DNA of 64,000 nucleotides. Origin: Eubacteriales bacterium. GTDB lineage: Bacteria; Bacillota; Clostridia; Oscillospirales; CAG-272. A program made the translations under genes and the position numbers. The notes beneath the pieces were generated by a model, which was given only the letters and a program-made list of their open reading frames with translations, was not told the origin of the DNA and ran no database searches. Positions 44,050 to 54,261 of the stretch are shown piece by piece. The stretch is from the NCBI GenBank assembly GCA_045647805.1, contig JAZRMT010000127.1, forward strand, positions 2,817 through 66,816, given 5' to 3'. How positions within the stretch are numbered: position 1 is the stretch's first letter; every line of letters begins with the position of its first letter.

Positions 44050-45579
44050 TTATTCCTTAGAATAATCGGCGGAAAGAGACGCCATGGCTTTTGCCATTTC
44101 CTTCGGGAGGTCGGAAGGGGTGACACCGAAGTCGGAGTAGATTTTTGCTAAGTTGTCTCCCGCTTTGCCGTGGATATAGGCGGCGAGGGCGGTAGAGCCG
44201 AGGGGATCATCCGAAAAGGCGAGGAGAGAGACGATGAGCCCCGCGAGGGCATCGCCGCTGCCGCCCTTGGCGAGGGCAGAGGAGCCTGTGGAGTTGACGT
44301 AGGTGATTTTGCCGTCGGTGACGATCGTTGCCGCTCCTTTAAGAAGGAGGATACATTGATTTTCAAGAGCAAAGGATTTTGCTATTCTCAGGCGATCGGA
44401 ATTGATCGCGGAAACGGGTACGCCAGTTAGCCTTGAAAGCTCCATTGGATGAGGGGTAAGGATAAGCTTACGCCTTGAATTTCTGAACACGTCGAGAGAA
44501 CCGAAGGAGGAAACCGAGTTGAGAGCATCCGCATCAAGTACAATGGGAGCTCCGTCGGATTCAAGAAGCTCCTTTATTAAAAGATAAAGTTCCTCGGAAA
44601 CGCCCGAGCCCGAGCCGACAAGGGCAGAGCTATGGGCTTTCGCAAGGGAGAGAATATCTTCGGTGCTCTCTGGTAAGCCATCAAGCAGAGGGGCGTATAT
44701 CGCTTCGGGGAAATCGGAGATAAGACGATCTCGGAGAGCTCTTGAGGACAGGTAGGTGACGATTCCCGCTCCGCCTCTGAGAGCCGCCTCAAGAGACAGT
44801 CTGCCCGCTCCCTCGTACTTCTCGCTTCCGGTTATGAGGAGGGCTTTGCCGAAGGATCCTTTATTTGAGTTATTGTTTCTTTTCGGAAGAAGTCTTACAG
44901 CCTCTTCTTCATCTACAAAAAACTCATCAAATGTAAATGATGAGAAAATAGACTCCTTTGGCAGAGAAAGATCGGAGTATACTAAATTACCTACGAACTC
45001 TCTTGCCGGATAGGATAAAAGACCAACCTTTATAAAAGAAAGCTGAACGGTCGTATCCGCTCTTAAAGCTCCCTTTCCTGCTCTGCCGTATTCTGCATCT
45101 ATGCCCAAGGGAACGTCTACCGCAAGAACAGGCACGGACATTGCGTTAATAGACTCGGAAAGGTCGATAAGCTCGGAGGAAAGTTCCCCTTTAAAGCCGG
45201 TACCAAATAGAGCATCAACAATAAGATTGGCTCGGCTGAGCTCCTCCGAGCTTGGTAAGCCCTCAATTACGCTGCCGCCACGGGCGAGAAATTCGTTAAG
45301 ATAATACTTTCCGCTCTCGCTTCTCTGCCCTTTCGAGAGGACGTCGTATATTACGGTATCGAATTTACCAATAGAAAGACAGCCAAAGGCATAACCGTCG
45401 CCGCCGTTATTGCCGCCGCCCGCAAGAACCAACACTCTGCCGCCCGAGGGAAGGATATTCTCCGCGGCGGAAAGAACCGCCTCTCCGCTTCTTCTCATAA
45501 GCTCACGCTCGGCAATTCCAAGAACTTCTATGGCAAAGCGGTCAATTTTCGGTATCATATCCGGGGTTACAAGCTTCAT
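44050..45579 (-). CDS. nnr: bifunctional NAD(P)H-hydrate repair enzyme (epimerase/dehydratase)
   Basis: LAGGGNNGGDGY (YjeF_N) and GGSGDALAGLI (carbohydrate-kinase-type dehydratase). Start chosen at MKLVTPDM, with GGAG 6 nt upstream. Confidence 0.85.
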   Translation of the reverse strand: MKLVTPDMIPKIDRFAIEVLGIAERELMRRSGEAVLSAAENILPSGGRVLVLAGGGNNGGDGYAFGCLSIGKFDTVIYDVLSKGQRSESGKYYLNEFLARGGSVIEGLPSSEELSRANLIVDALFGTGFKGELSSELIDLSESINAMSVPVLAVDVPLGIDAEYGRAGKGALRADTTVQLSFIKVGLLSYPAREFVGNLVYSDLSLPKESIFSSFTFDEFFVDEEEAVRLLPKRNNNSNKGSFGKALLITGSEKYEGAGRLSLEAALRGGAGIVTYLSSRALRDRLISDFPEAIYAPLLDGLPESTEDILSLAKAHSSALVGSGSGVSEELYLLIKELLESDGAPIVLDADALNSVSSFGSLDVFRNSRRKLILTPHPMELSRLTGVPVSAINSDRLRIAKSFALENQCILLLKGAATIVTDGKITYVNSTGSSALAKGGSGDALAGLIVSLLAFSDDPLGSTALAAYIHGKAGDNLAKIYSDFGVTPSDLPKEMAKAMASLSADYSKE

Positions 45580-45914
45580 TTTAATCTCCATTCTGTCGCC
45601 TGTCGGGCGACTGCACAAACATATAACTAATTTTCGGCACCGCCGTTTCGGCGGCATTTTGGAATAAGGCTCCAAAATGCGAAAATTTGAGGCGTGAAAC
45701 GTACTACACGATAATTCAGATGGTACAAAGCTTTCACGCTATCTTTCCTTTCTTCGGTTTAGGAATTATTTACATAAGATATCTGCAATTTTAGTGCAAA
45801 ATGACAATAGTTGTAATTTTTTTTGATTTTTTTCGGAGATTTAGCCAAAAAAACTATTTACAAACCAAAGTTTTTTTGATATACTGTTCATAGCATTAAC
45901 AGAAGGAGAACAGT

Positions 45915-46544
45915 ATGTCTAAGAAAATCATTATTACAATTGCTCGTCAATACGGTAGCGGCGGACGTGAGATCGGTGAAAGAGTAGCCGAGCTTCTCGG
46001 TATTCCCCTCTACGACAAGGAGATCATTACGGATGCTGCCGCAAAGGGCAGTCTTGACGAGGACGTCATCAAAAAGGTAGACGAATCGGCTGCTAACAGC
46101 CTCCTTTATACCCTTGCAATGGGTTCTAATATTCTCGGCACTACAATGCACTTCGGTTACAAGATGCCCCTCAACGACAAGCTCTTTATACTCCAGTCTG
46201 AGGTAATCAAGGGGTATGCCAAGGAAGGTAGCTGTGTCGTTATCGGAAGATGCGCTGACTACGTTCTTAAAGACGAGCCTAACGTGCTCAGAATCTTTAT
46301 CTTCGGTGACCTCGATCACCGCCAGGCAAGAGTTGCTGAAAGACACCCCGAGATCAAGTCTTCACAGATAATCGACGTAATTAACAAGACCGATAAGAGA
46401 AGAAGCTCCTATTACAACTTCTACACCGGAAACAAGTGGGGCAAGTACGATAATTACGATATGACTATCAATTCCTCGACTCTCGGCATTGAGCATACCG
46501 CACAGGTCATCTATGCATCTGCTCTCAAGCTTATAGAGGAGTAA
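45915..46544 (+). CDS. cytidylate kinase-like family protein
   Basis: ITIARQYGSGGREIGERVAELLGIPLYDKEI matches the Cytidylate_kin2-type N-terminus. Confidence 0.7.
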   Translation: MSKKIIITIARQYGSGGREIGERVAELLGIPLYDKEIITDAAAKGSLDEDVIKKVDESAANSLLYTLAMGSNILGTTMHFGYKMPLNDKLFILQSEVIKGYAKEGSCVVIGRCADYVLKDEPNVLRIFIFGDLDHRQARVAERHPEIKSSQIIDVINKTDKRRSSYYNFYTGNKWGKYDNYDMTINSSTLGIEHTAQVIYASALKLIEE

Positions 46545-46557
46545 AAAGCAGTTTTTA

Positions 46558-46600
46558 ACCGCAAATTGTAAACAGAGGTTTACAATTTGCGGTATTTTTT
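46558..46600. terminator. bidirectional terminator
   Basis: ACCGCAAATTGTAAAC, loop AGAG, GTTTACAATTTGCGGT (16 bp), followed by ATTTTTT. Confidence 0.75.
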
Positions 46601-47882
46601 ATTTAAAGTTTATCAAATCGCCGCATCTCGAAAGTGAGGACGAATACAGCTTAGTAATAAGAGTTACCGCGGAGTCGATATCGGATGCACAGCAGGTCTC
46701 GCTCGAGGAATGCATTGCAAGCTGAGGTATACCGAGATCAACGCTTGGCACGGAAAGCCTTGTTGTAGCAACCGAGCCGAGTGTCGAGCCCGAGAGCATA
46801 TCCGCTCTGGTGGAAAAACTCTGAATCGGTACTCCGGCAAGGTCGGCAAGAGTCCTGATCACGGCATCGGAAACCGCATCCGTGGTGTAAAACTGATTTG
46901 CGTGATATTTTACGCAAACACCGCCGCCGAGAACAGGGGCTGCCGAGGGATTGGCAAGCTCGGGGTGGTTGGGATGCTTGGCGTGAGCGTTATCAAGGCT
47001 GACCATAAAGCTGTCTGTCAGCATTGCGGCAAGTCTTTGCTCACCGCCCGTAATCTTTTCAAGAACGGTTTTCAAGAACGTGGAGTTAGCTCCCTGCTTT
47101 GTGGAATTACCTACCTCCTCGTTATCGAATGCTACGAATACGGCAACGGTATCATCTCTTACGGGAGCGCAAAGGAACGCGGAAAGCGAAGAATATACCG
47201 AAGCAAGGTTATCGAGCCTGGGTGAAAGAATGAATTCATCCCTCGCACCGAACACTCTTCCCTCCTCTCGGTTATAAACGAACAGATCCGAGGAAACAAT
47301 ATCATCGGGTGAGCAGGATAATTCATCTGCTATTAATTCTTTGAGAATTCCGCCCTCCTTGCCGAGCGAAAGAAGGGGAAGCATATCGGTAGCGGGATTA
47401 AACTTATATCCATCGTTTACCCCTCTGTTCTGATGTATGGCAACACTTGGAATGGACAAAAGGTCTTTTTCAATATTGACCAGCCTTATACGAAGCCCTT
47501 CCGTACTTTTCACTACGGCTCTGCCCGCAACCGAAAGAGGTCTGTCGAGCCATGAATAAAGAATAGAGCCTCCATACTTCTCTACCGGAACGCAAGCGTA
47601 AGCTCCGGAACGCTCGTCTATTCCCGTGATCTTAAATGCGGGAGTATCGGTATGCGAGGCACAGATCATAAAGCTCTCTGCCGCCTTGCCGCCCTTAAAG
47701 GCTATAACAGAACTGTCGCCTCTTACGACGAAGGAGGGCTTGCCGGAGCGGTATTCACTGTCATTCTTCTCGGTAAGCTCGGAAAAGCCGTTTGAGACAA
47801 GAAGCTTTTTTACAGTCTCAACCGTATGAAAGGCGGTGGGACACGCCTTGATAAATTCGATAAGATCCTTTGTATGTTTCAT
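46599..47882 (-). CDS. M18-family (aspartyl-type) aminopeptidase
   Basis: FMICASHTDTPAFKI, VAFDNEEVGNSTKQGA and LAMHSSSET. The start is either 47882 (MKHTKD) or 47897. Confidence 0.8.
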   Translation of the reverse strand: MKHTKDLIEFIKACPTAFHTVETVKKLLVSNGFSELTEKNDSEYRSGKPSFVVRGDSSVIAFKGGKAAESFMICASHTDTPAFKITGIDERSGAYACVPVEKYGGSILYSWLDRPLSVAGRAVVKSTEGLRIRLVNIEKDLLSIPSVAIHQNRGVNDGYKFNPATDMLPLLSLGKEGGILKELIADELSCSPDDIVSSDLFVYNREEGRVFGARDEFILSPRLDNLASVYSSLSAFLCAPVRDDTVAVFVAFDNEEVGNSTKQGANSTFLKTVLEKITGGEQRLAAMLTDSFMVSLDNAHAKHPNHPELANPSAAPVLGGGVCVKYHANQFYTTDAVSDAVIRTLADLAGVPIQSFSTRADMLSGSTLGSVATTRLSVPSVDLGIPQLAMHSSSETCCASDIDSAVTLITKLYSSSLSRCGDLINFK

Positions 47883-47952
47883 TTTTTGGTCTCGCATTTT
47901 CTTTTTTTATTTATATTTTACATCTTTTAATTAAAAAAGTCAACTTCTACCC

Positions 47953-47981
47953 TTGAAAAAGAGTGGAATTTATGCTAAAAT
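47953..47981 (+). promoter_or_regulatory. extended -10 sigma-A promoter of the pepD operon
   Basis: TTGAAA (47953-47958), 17-nt spacer ending in TGc, TAAAAT (47976-47981). Confidence 0.6.
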
Positions 47982-48015
47982 AGCACGTGATATTATTAGT
48001 TCAACGAGGTGAAGT

Positions 48016-49428
48016 ATGATTAATTTATCAGATCATCCCGAAATAGGCTCGGTAATCGGGTTCTTTGAGGAGATAAGCAAAATTCCCAGAGGATCGGGCA
48101 ACACCGACAAGATAGCCGAATATCTTTATAATTTCGGTAAAAAGAGAGAACTATACACCGTAAGGGACTCCTTCAATAACGTAATAATCAAAAAGGACGC
48201 CACAAAGGGACGTGAGAACAGACCGACGCTTGTGCTCCAGGGGCATTCGGACATAGTTGCCGAAAAGGAGCCCTTTTGCGATATAGATATGGAAAATGAG
48301 GGTGTACGCATATACCGTGACGGTGACTTCATTAAGGCAGACGGAACAACACTCGGAGCCGATGACGGCATTGCACTTGCTTACGCCTTGGCAATACTTG
48401 ATTCCAAGGATATTGCCCACCCCGCCTTAGAATGTGTTTTCACATCCGACGAGGAGACAGGTCTTACCGGAGCTATGAATATCGATCCCGATGAAATCTG
48501 CGGAAGGATGATGATAAATCTCGATTCCGGCGACGAAGGGGTTTTCACCGTTGGATGTGCGGGTGGCGCAAGAGCGGATATTGAGTTCAAAATGAAACGC
48601 AGCGAAGCCGCAGGTCACTGCTATAAGCTGAGCCTTGAAGGGCTTATCGGCGGTCACTCGGGAGTTGAGATAGACAAGGGCAGAAGCAACGCAATAAAGG
48701 TTATGGGCGAGCTTCTTTCCTCCCTCTCGGAGGTCAGGCTTACCGAGCTTTACGGCGGAAATGCCGATAACGCCATACCGAGAGAGGCATACGCAGTGTT
48801 CTTCAGTGAAGAAGAGCCGAACGAGGAGATGCTCGATTCTTTCGCAAAAGGTCTTACCCCGGGTGAGTCGGCAATTGTCAGATGCGAGGGTGCAAAAGCA
48901 CCCAAAAATGCCTTAACCGATGAATCAACCGGCAGGATCCTTTCGCTTATACGTTCAATTCCTACCGGAGTATACAAGATGAGCGAGGATATTTGCGGCT
49001 TGGTAGAAACCTCCCTCAACGTAGGAGTTTGCAAGCTTTGCGAGGAGTGCTTCAATCTGACCGTTTCGGTTCGTTCCTCGAAGGGAGAAGAAAAACGAAA
49101 GCTTCTCGATATTGTTAAGGAGAAAGCTCTTGCACTTGGAGCTTCTGTCGAAACAAGAGGAGATTATCCCGGATGGGCATACAAAAAGGAATCGGCACTC
49201 AGAGATATAATGAAAGAAAGCTTTATAAGAGTTATCGGAAAAGAGCCCAAGATCATTATGATACACGCAGGACTTGAATGCGGAATTTTCTCGGATAAGC
49301 TTCCGGGACTTGACTGTGTTTCGACCGGCCCTAATCACTTTGACATACACACTCCGAAGGAGCGGTTGTCGCTGTCGTCAACAGAAAGAGTATGGAAATT
49401 CCTTCTCGACGTACTTGAAAATATATAA
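48016..49428 (+). CDS. pepD: aminoacyl-histidine (Xaa-His) dipeptidase, M20 family
   Basis: LVLQGHSDIV, GADDGIALAY and FTSDEETGLTGA. Confidence 0.85.
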   Translation: MINLSDHPEIGSVIGFFEEISKIPRGSGNTDKIAEYLYNFGKKRELYTVRDSFNNVIIKKDATKGRENRPTLVLQGHSDIVAEKEPFCDIDMENEGVRIYRDGDFIKADGTTLGADDGIALAYALAILDSKDIAHPALECVFTSDEETGLTGAMNIDPDEICGRMMINLDSGDEGVFTVGCAGGARADIEFKMKRSEAAGHCYKLSLEGLIGGHSGVEIDKGRSNAIKVMGELLSSLSEVRLTELYGGNADNAIPREAYAVFFSEEEPNEEMLDSFAKGLTPGESAIVRCEGAKAPKNALTDESTGRILSLIRSIPTGVYKMSEDICGLVETSLNVGVCKLCEECFNLTVSVRSSKGEEKRKLLDIVKEKALALGASVETRGDYPGWAYKKESALRDIMKESFIRVIGKEPKIIMIHAGLECGIFSDKLPGLDCVSTGPNHFDIHTPKERLSLSSTERVWKFLLDVLENI

Positions 49429-49440
49429 GAGGTAATAAAA

Positions 49441-50667
49441 ATGAATAAAACCAGACTTAAGAAATACGCCGCTCTAATTGCAAGAGTAGGTGCAAACGTA
49501 CAAAAGGGACAAGAGGTTATCGTTCAGGCAGAGCTTGATCAGCCCGAATTCGTGAAAATGGTGGTTGACGAGTGCTACAAGGCAGGGGCGAAAAAGGTTT
49601 CGGTGGACTTCAGCTATCAGCCCCTGACCAAGTCGAACGTTCGATACTGCTCGGAAAATGTGCTTGGCAGCCTTGATAAATGGCAACTTGAAAAATGGGA
49701 GCATCAGGCAGAGGTCCTTCCCTGTAAGATCTATCTTATGTCGGAGGATCCCGACGGTCTCAAGGGCGTAAATCAAAAGAAATTTGCAAGAGCTATGGCT
49801 TCCCGCTCAAAACTCATCAAGCCCATTAGAAACAAAATGGAAAACAAATATCAGTGGTGTATTGCCGCCGTTCCCGGAAAGGGCTGGGCAAAGAAGGTAT
49901 TCCCCGGCGAAAAGACAAACAAGGCTGTCGAGATGCTTTGGGAGGCAATACTCTCCACATCCAGAGTTAACGATGATCCTATTGAGGCGTGGAGACTCCA
50001 CAATGCCGACCTTGCAAAAAAATGCGAGTTCCTTAATTCGCTGAAAATCAAGGAGCTTAAGTACAAGTCGGAAAGCGGAACTGATTTCAGAGTAGGTCTG
50101 CTTCCCGAGGCACTGTTTATGGCGGGTGGCGAGGAAACTCTCGGAAGAGGCGTTTACTTCAATCCCAACATTCCCACCGAGGAGGTATTTACTTCTCCCA
50201 GAAAGGGCGATGCCGACGGTATAGTTTATTCGTCTAAACCCCTTTCCTACGGAGGACAGCTCATTGATAAGTTCTGGATAAAATTTGAGGGCGGTAAGGC
50301 TGTTGACTCGGGAGCCGAGGAAAATGCAGAGCTTCTTCGAGAAATAATCAATATGGACGATGGTGCGGCGTATCTTGGCGAGATAGCACTTGTTCCCTAT
50401 TCCTCCCCGATAAGAGAGTCGGGACTGCTCTTCTATAATACCCTCTTTGACGAGAACGCCGCCTGCCACCTTGCACTCGGCAGAGGCTTTACCAACGTGC
50501 TTGTCGATTACGACAAATATACCGAGCAAGAGGCTCACGAGATGGGAATAAACGATTCCATTGTTCACGAGGACTTTATGATCGGTACCGAGGATATGGA
50601 TATTACTGCCGTCACCGAGGACGGCAAGGAGATAAAAATCTTCGAGCGAGGCGAATGGGCGTTTTAA
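49441..50667 (+). CDS. M29-family aminopeptidase (AmpS/PepS type)
   Basis: YAALIARVGANVQKGQEV and ENAACHLALG. About 408 aa. Confidence 0.8.
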   Translation: MNKTRLKKYAALIARVGANVQKGQEVIVQAELDQPEFVKMVVDECYKAGAKKVSVDFSYQPLTKSNVRYCSENVLGSLDKWQLEKWEHQAEVLPCKIYLMSEDPDGLKGVNQKKFARAMASRSKLIKPIRNKMENKYQWCIAAVPGKGWAKKVFPGEKTNKAVEMLWEAILSTSRVNDDPIEAWRLHNADLAKKCEFLNSLKIKELKYKSESGTDFRVGLLPEALFMAGGEETLGRGVYFNPNIPTEEVFTSPRKGDADGIVYSSKPLSYGGQLIDKFWIKFEGGKAVDSGAEENAELLREIINMDDGAAYLGEIALVPYSSPIRESGLLFYNTLFDENAACHLALGRGFTNVLVDYDKYTEQEAHEMGINDSIVHEDFMIGTEDMDITAVTEDGKEIKIFERGEWAF

Positions 50668-50668
50668 C

Positions 50669-52039
50669 ATGGAATACAGAATAGAACACGATTCAATGGG
50701 AGAGGTCTTGGTACCCGAAGATAAATATTGGGGTGCTCAGACCGAAAGAAGCAGACAGAACTTTCCCATAGGCGGTGAAAGAATGCCCGAAGAGATAATA
50801 AGGGCGTTCGGAATTTTGAAGCTTGCGGCGGCAAGAGCGAATGCAAAACTCAAGCCCGAGCGGATGACCGAGGAAAAGCTACACGTAATTGAGGTGGCGG
50901 CAGAGGAGATAATAGACGGCAAGCTTTCCGAGCATTTCCCGCTTGTTGTATGGCAGACGGGAAGCGGAACGCAGAGCAATATGAACCTTAATGAGGTTAT
51001 TGCGGGAAGGGGCAACGAAATACTCGGGAAGAAGCTTCTTCACCCGAATGACGACGTAAATATGTCGCAGTCGTCAAACGACACATTTCCCACCGCAATG
51101 CACATTTCCGCAGTTTTGGAGAGTGAAAGACAGCTTTTGCCCGCCATTTTCAAGATGGTTTCCACACTTAAGCGGCTGGAAATTGAAAACGAGGGGATTG
51201 TCAAGAGCGGAAGAACCCACCTTCAGGATGCCACTCCGATAGCCTTTTCGCAAGAGATAAGCGGATGGCGCGCTTCGCTCGAAAGAGATGCGGAGATGAT
51301 CATTTCATCCTTGCTTCCTCTAAGAAGGCTTGCTCTCGGAGCTACTGCGGTAGGAACAGGATTAAATGCTCCTTTAGGATTTGACACCGAGGTATGCGAG
51401 CAGATCACAAAAATAGCAGGCAGCTACTTTGTTACAGACGAGAATAAATTCCACTCCTTAAGCTCGAAGGACGAGCTGGTATTCGCTCACGGAGCCCTTA
51501 AGGCTTTGGCGGCAGACCTTATGAAGATTGCTAACGATATAAGATGGCTTGCATCCGGTCCAAGACTCGGTCTTTCGGAGATATTTATTCCCGAGAACGA
51601 GCCCGGATCCTCGATCATGCCGGGAAAGGTCAATCCCACCCAGTGCGAGGCGGTAACCATGGTCGCCGTTCAGGTAATGGGAAATGATGCGGCGGTAGGA
51701 ATTGCCGCCTCTCAAGGCAATTTTGAGCTGAACGTATTTATGCCTGTGCTTATATATAATTACCTTCAATCGGTAAGACTGCTCACCGACGTTATTTTGT
51801 CCTTTGAAGAAAGGTGCGTATCAGGCATTGTGGCAAACAAGGAGCGAATGCACAACAACTTATACAATTCTCTTATGCTCGTTACGGCGCTCACACCTAC
51901 GATCGGATACGAAAACGCCGCCAGAGTTGCGCATCTGGCACACGAAAAGGGGATTTCGTTAAAGGATGCTTGCCTTACTCTCGGGTATCTTACCGAGGAC
52001 AAATTCAATGAAATATTTAAACCGGAGAAAATGATATAA
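50669..52039 (+). CDS. fumC: class II fumarate hydratase
   Basis: Signature GSSIMPGKVNPTQCE plus WQTGSGTQSNMN. Starts 1 nt after the M29 stop. Confidence 0.95.
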   Translation: MEYRIEHDSMGEVLVPEDKYWGAQTERSRQNFPIGGERMPEEIIRAFGILKLAAARANAKLKPERMTEEKLHVIEVAAEEIIDGKLSEHFPLVVWQTGSGTQSNMNLNEVIAGRGNEILGKKLLHPNDDVNMSQSSNDTFPTAMHISAVLESERQLLPAIFKMVSTLKRLEIENEGIVKSGRTHLQDATPIAFSQEISGWRASLERDAEMIISSLLPLRRLALGATAVGTGLNAPLGFDTEVCEQITKIAGSYFVTDENKFHSLSSKDELVFAHGALKALAADLMKIANDIRWLASGPRLGLSEIFIPENEPGSSIMPGKVNPTQCEAVTMVAVQVMGNDAAVGIAASQGNFELNVFMPVLIYNYLQSVRLLTDVILSFEERCVSGIVANKERMHNNLYNSLMLVTALTPTIGYENAARVAHLAHEKGISLKDACLTLGYLTEDKFNEIFKPEKMI

Positions 52040-53211
52040 TGGATATAAGAAAAGAATCGCTTCAAAAGCATTATGAATGGAGCGGCAAGATAGAGGTTGT
52101 CTCCAGAGTTGCAGTTGAGACAAGAGAGGATCTGTCGCTGGCATATACCCCCGGTGTTGCCGAGCCTTGCCTCGTAATTAAGGACGACGTAATGAAGTCC
52201 TACGAGCTGACAAGACGCAAAAATCTCGTAGCAGTGGTTACCGACGGTACGGCTGTGCTCGGGCTTGGTGACATTGGTCCCGAGGCGGGAATGCCGGTAA
52301 TGGAAGGAAAATGCGCACTCTTCAAGACCTTTGCCGACGTTGATGCCTTCCCTATCTGCATAAGATCCAAGGACGTTGACGAAATCGTAAGGACGGTGGA
52401 GCTTATTGCCGGTTCCTTCGGCGGAATAAATCTGGAGGATATTTCGGCACCACGTTGCTTTGAAATTGAAAAGAAGCTTAAGGAACGCCTCGACATTCCC
52501 GTATTCCATGACGACCAGCACGGAACAGCGATTGTCGTTGCGGCGGCACTCATTAATGCTCTTAAGGTGGTTAAGAAGGAGATCGGAAAGGTCAAGGTAG
52601 TAATAAACGGTGCCGGCTCTGCGGGAATTGCTATTGGTAAGCATCTGATGAATCTGGGTGTCAAGCATCTCACTATGGTTGACCGCTTCGGAATTCTTGC
52701 AAGAGACGACGACAGTCTTTCAACAGCACACAAGGAAATGGCGGCAGTAACAAACGAAGAGCTTCTTCACGGAACTCTTGCCGACGCTATGCGTGGAGCA
52801 GACGTTTTCATCGGTGTTTCGGCTCCCGGTGTTGTAAATGAGGACATGGTTCGCTCTATGAACGAGGGATCGATAGTCTTCCCCATGGCTAATCCTACAC
52901 CCGAGATAATGCCCGACCTTGCAAAGAAGGCGGGTGCGGCTGTGGTTGGCACAGGCCGTTCGGACTTCCCGAACCAGATAAACAACGTTCTTGCCTTCCC
53001 CGGAATATTCAGGGGAGCGCTTGACTGTCTTGCTACCACCATTAACGAAGAGATGAAGGTAGCTACATCCTTTGCACTTGCATCCTTAATTCCGGATGAG
53101 CAGCTTACAGCTGATAATATTATCCCTACTGCTCTTGACAAGTCGGTAGCTCCCGTGGTTGCCGCAGCGGTTATCGAAGCCGCAAAGAAGACAGGTGTAG
53201 CAAGGATTTAA
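52039..53211 (+). CDS. NAD(P)-dependent malic enzyme (short form, no PTA domain)
   Basis: LAYTPGVAEP, VVTDGTAVLGLGDIGP and NGAGSAGIAI. TAATG overlap with fumC. Confidence 0.9.
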   Translation: MDIRKESLQKHYEWSGKIEVVSRVAVETREDLSLAYTPGVAEPCLVIKDDVMKSYELTRRKNLVAVVTDGTAVLGLGDIGPEAGMPVMEGKCALFKTFADVDAFPICIRSKDVDEIVRTVELIAGSFGGINLEDISAPRCFEIEKKLKERLDIPVFHDDQHGTAIVVAAALINALKVVKKEIGKVKVVINGAGSAGIAIGKHLMNLGVKHLTMVDRFGILARDDDSLSTAHKEMAAVTNEELLHGTLADAMRGADVFIGVSAPGVVNEDMVRSMNEGSIVFPMANPTPEIMPDLAKKAGAAVVGTGRSDFPNQINNVLAFPGIFRGALDCLATTINEEMKVATSFALASLIPDEQLTADNIIPTALDKSVAPVVAAAVIEAAKKTGVARI

Positions 53212-53223
53212 TACATAAAAAGC

Positions 53224-53265
53224 AAAACGTCGCATAGCTTTTCAGTAGTTATGCGACGTTTTTGT
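53224..53265 (+). terminator. terminator of the pepD-to-malic-enzyme operon
   Basis: AAAACGTCGCATA, 13-nt loop, TATGCGACGTTTT, followed by T-rich sequence. Confidence 0.7.
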
Positions 53266-53288
53266 TATGTTTTGTTTGCATTTTTAAG

Positions 53289-54091
53289 TTATATGATACC
53301 ATCACGGAAACGCGAAGGGATGTTGCTTGTAAACTTTTTAAAATTGCGGTAGAAGGTCGTAAACTCGGAACAACCACACATATAGGCAACGTCGGTTATC
53401 TTCTCACCACTTTTTATTAAAGCCAGAGCTCTTTGTATTCGCTTTCTGTTAAGATAGTCGGAAAAGGAGAGTTTCGTCTCTCTTTTAAATAACTTACAAA
53501 ACTGGGCTCTGGAGTTGCTGAAAGCCTTGTTATATCTTCAAGAGATATATTCTCGGTACAATGAGCATCAATATACAGAACGCAATATTTTATAAAGCTT
53601 TCCTTGCCGTATCTCTCGGAAAGTCCTAAAAGGCTTCTGTTATTCATAATCTCGGAGAGAGTGGAAAGAAGCGACAAGACTCCGAAAAGGTGGCTGCCTG
53701 ATTTCTCGACTCCGTTATTCTTTATTTTACTGAGTACCGACTCAAAGAAAACTATTTCTTCCGGCGGAAGAGATATTTTGGCAAGGAGCGGATCTGCCGT
53801 ACCGATGCCCGTGAGGAATGAACGAAGAGCAGTAATTTCCTCACCTTCCCCAAAAAAAAGATCTTCTTCAAAGGATATAATATAAAACACGGTCTGTACC
53901 ACACTGATCGAAACTTCCGCCTTCGCCCACGGAGGAAGGATAAATACGTCGCCGTGTGTAAGAGAGGCTGTACTGCTGCCTGAGACGTTTGAAAGTCTTC
54001 CTCTCTGGCAGTAGCATAAACGGTAGCATGTTTCGGAAAGTGTCAACTCCCCGATTGGTGGGTTTTCATAATAATCAATTCTATATTTCAT
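53289..54091 (-). pseudogene. AraC-family regulator with a 1-nt frameshift at the start of the HTH domain
   Basis: The 224-aa ORF (53417-54091) carries the cupin domain and ends in non-AraC sequence. The next frame reads NKAFSNSRAQFCKLFKRETKLSFSDYLNRKRIQRALALIKSGEKITDVAYMCGCSEFTTFYRNFKKFTSNIPSRFRDGII*, a perfect double HTH. The junction is at about 53530 (AA in place of AAA on the coding strand). Confidence 0.75.
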
Positions 54092-54261
54092 TACTTGTCC
54101 CTCGAGCTTGTCATCATTAACATTATATATTATCCGAAAACAAAACGCAATAGAATTAAGAAAAGACTATACGATTTGCAATATTAAAAATACTATACCT
54201 AATTCTTACTGCGTGGCAACTGTGCTATAATGAAGTAAAAAAACCGAAAGTCGTGAATAAA

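Noticed and set aside
45580-45914. Hairpin-rich region upstream of nnr (for example TGCCGCCG-AAA-CGGCGGTGC and GTCGCC-CGACA-GGCGAC), considered as a possible riboswitch or leader.
   Set aside because: I could not match it to any riboswitch class I know. The stems are short and could be chance or simple mRNA-stability elements. It needs a covariance-model scan rather than inspection.
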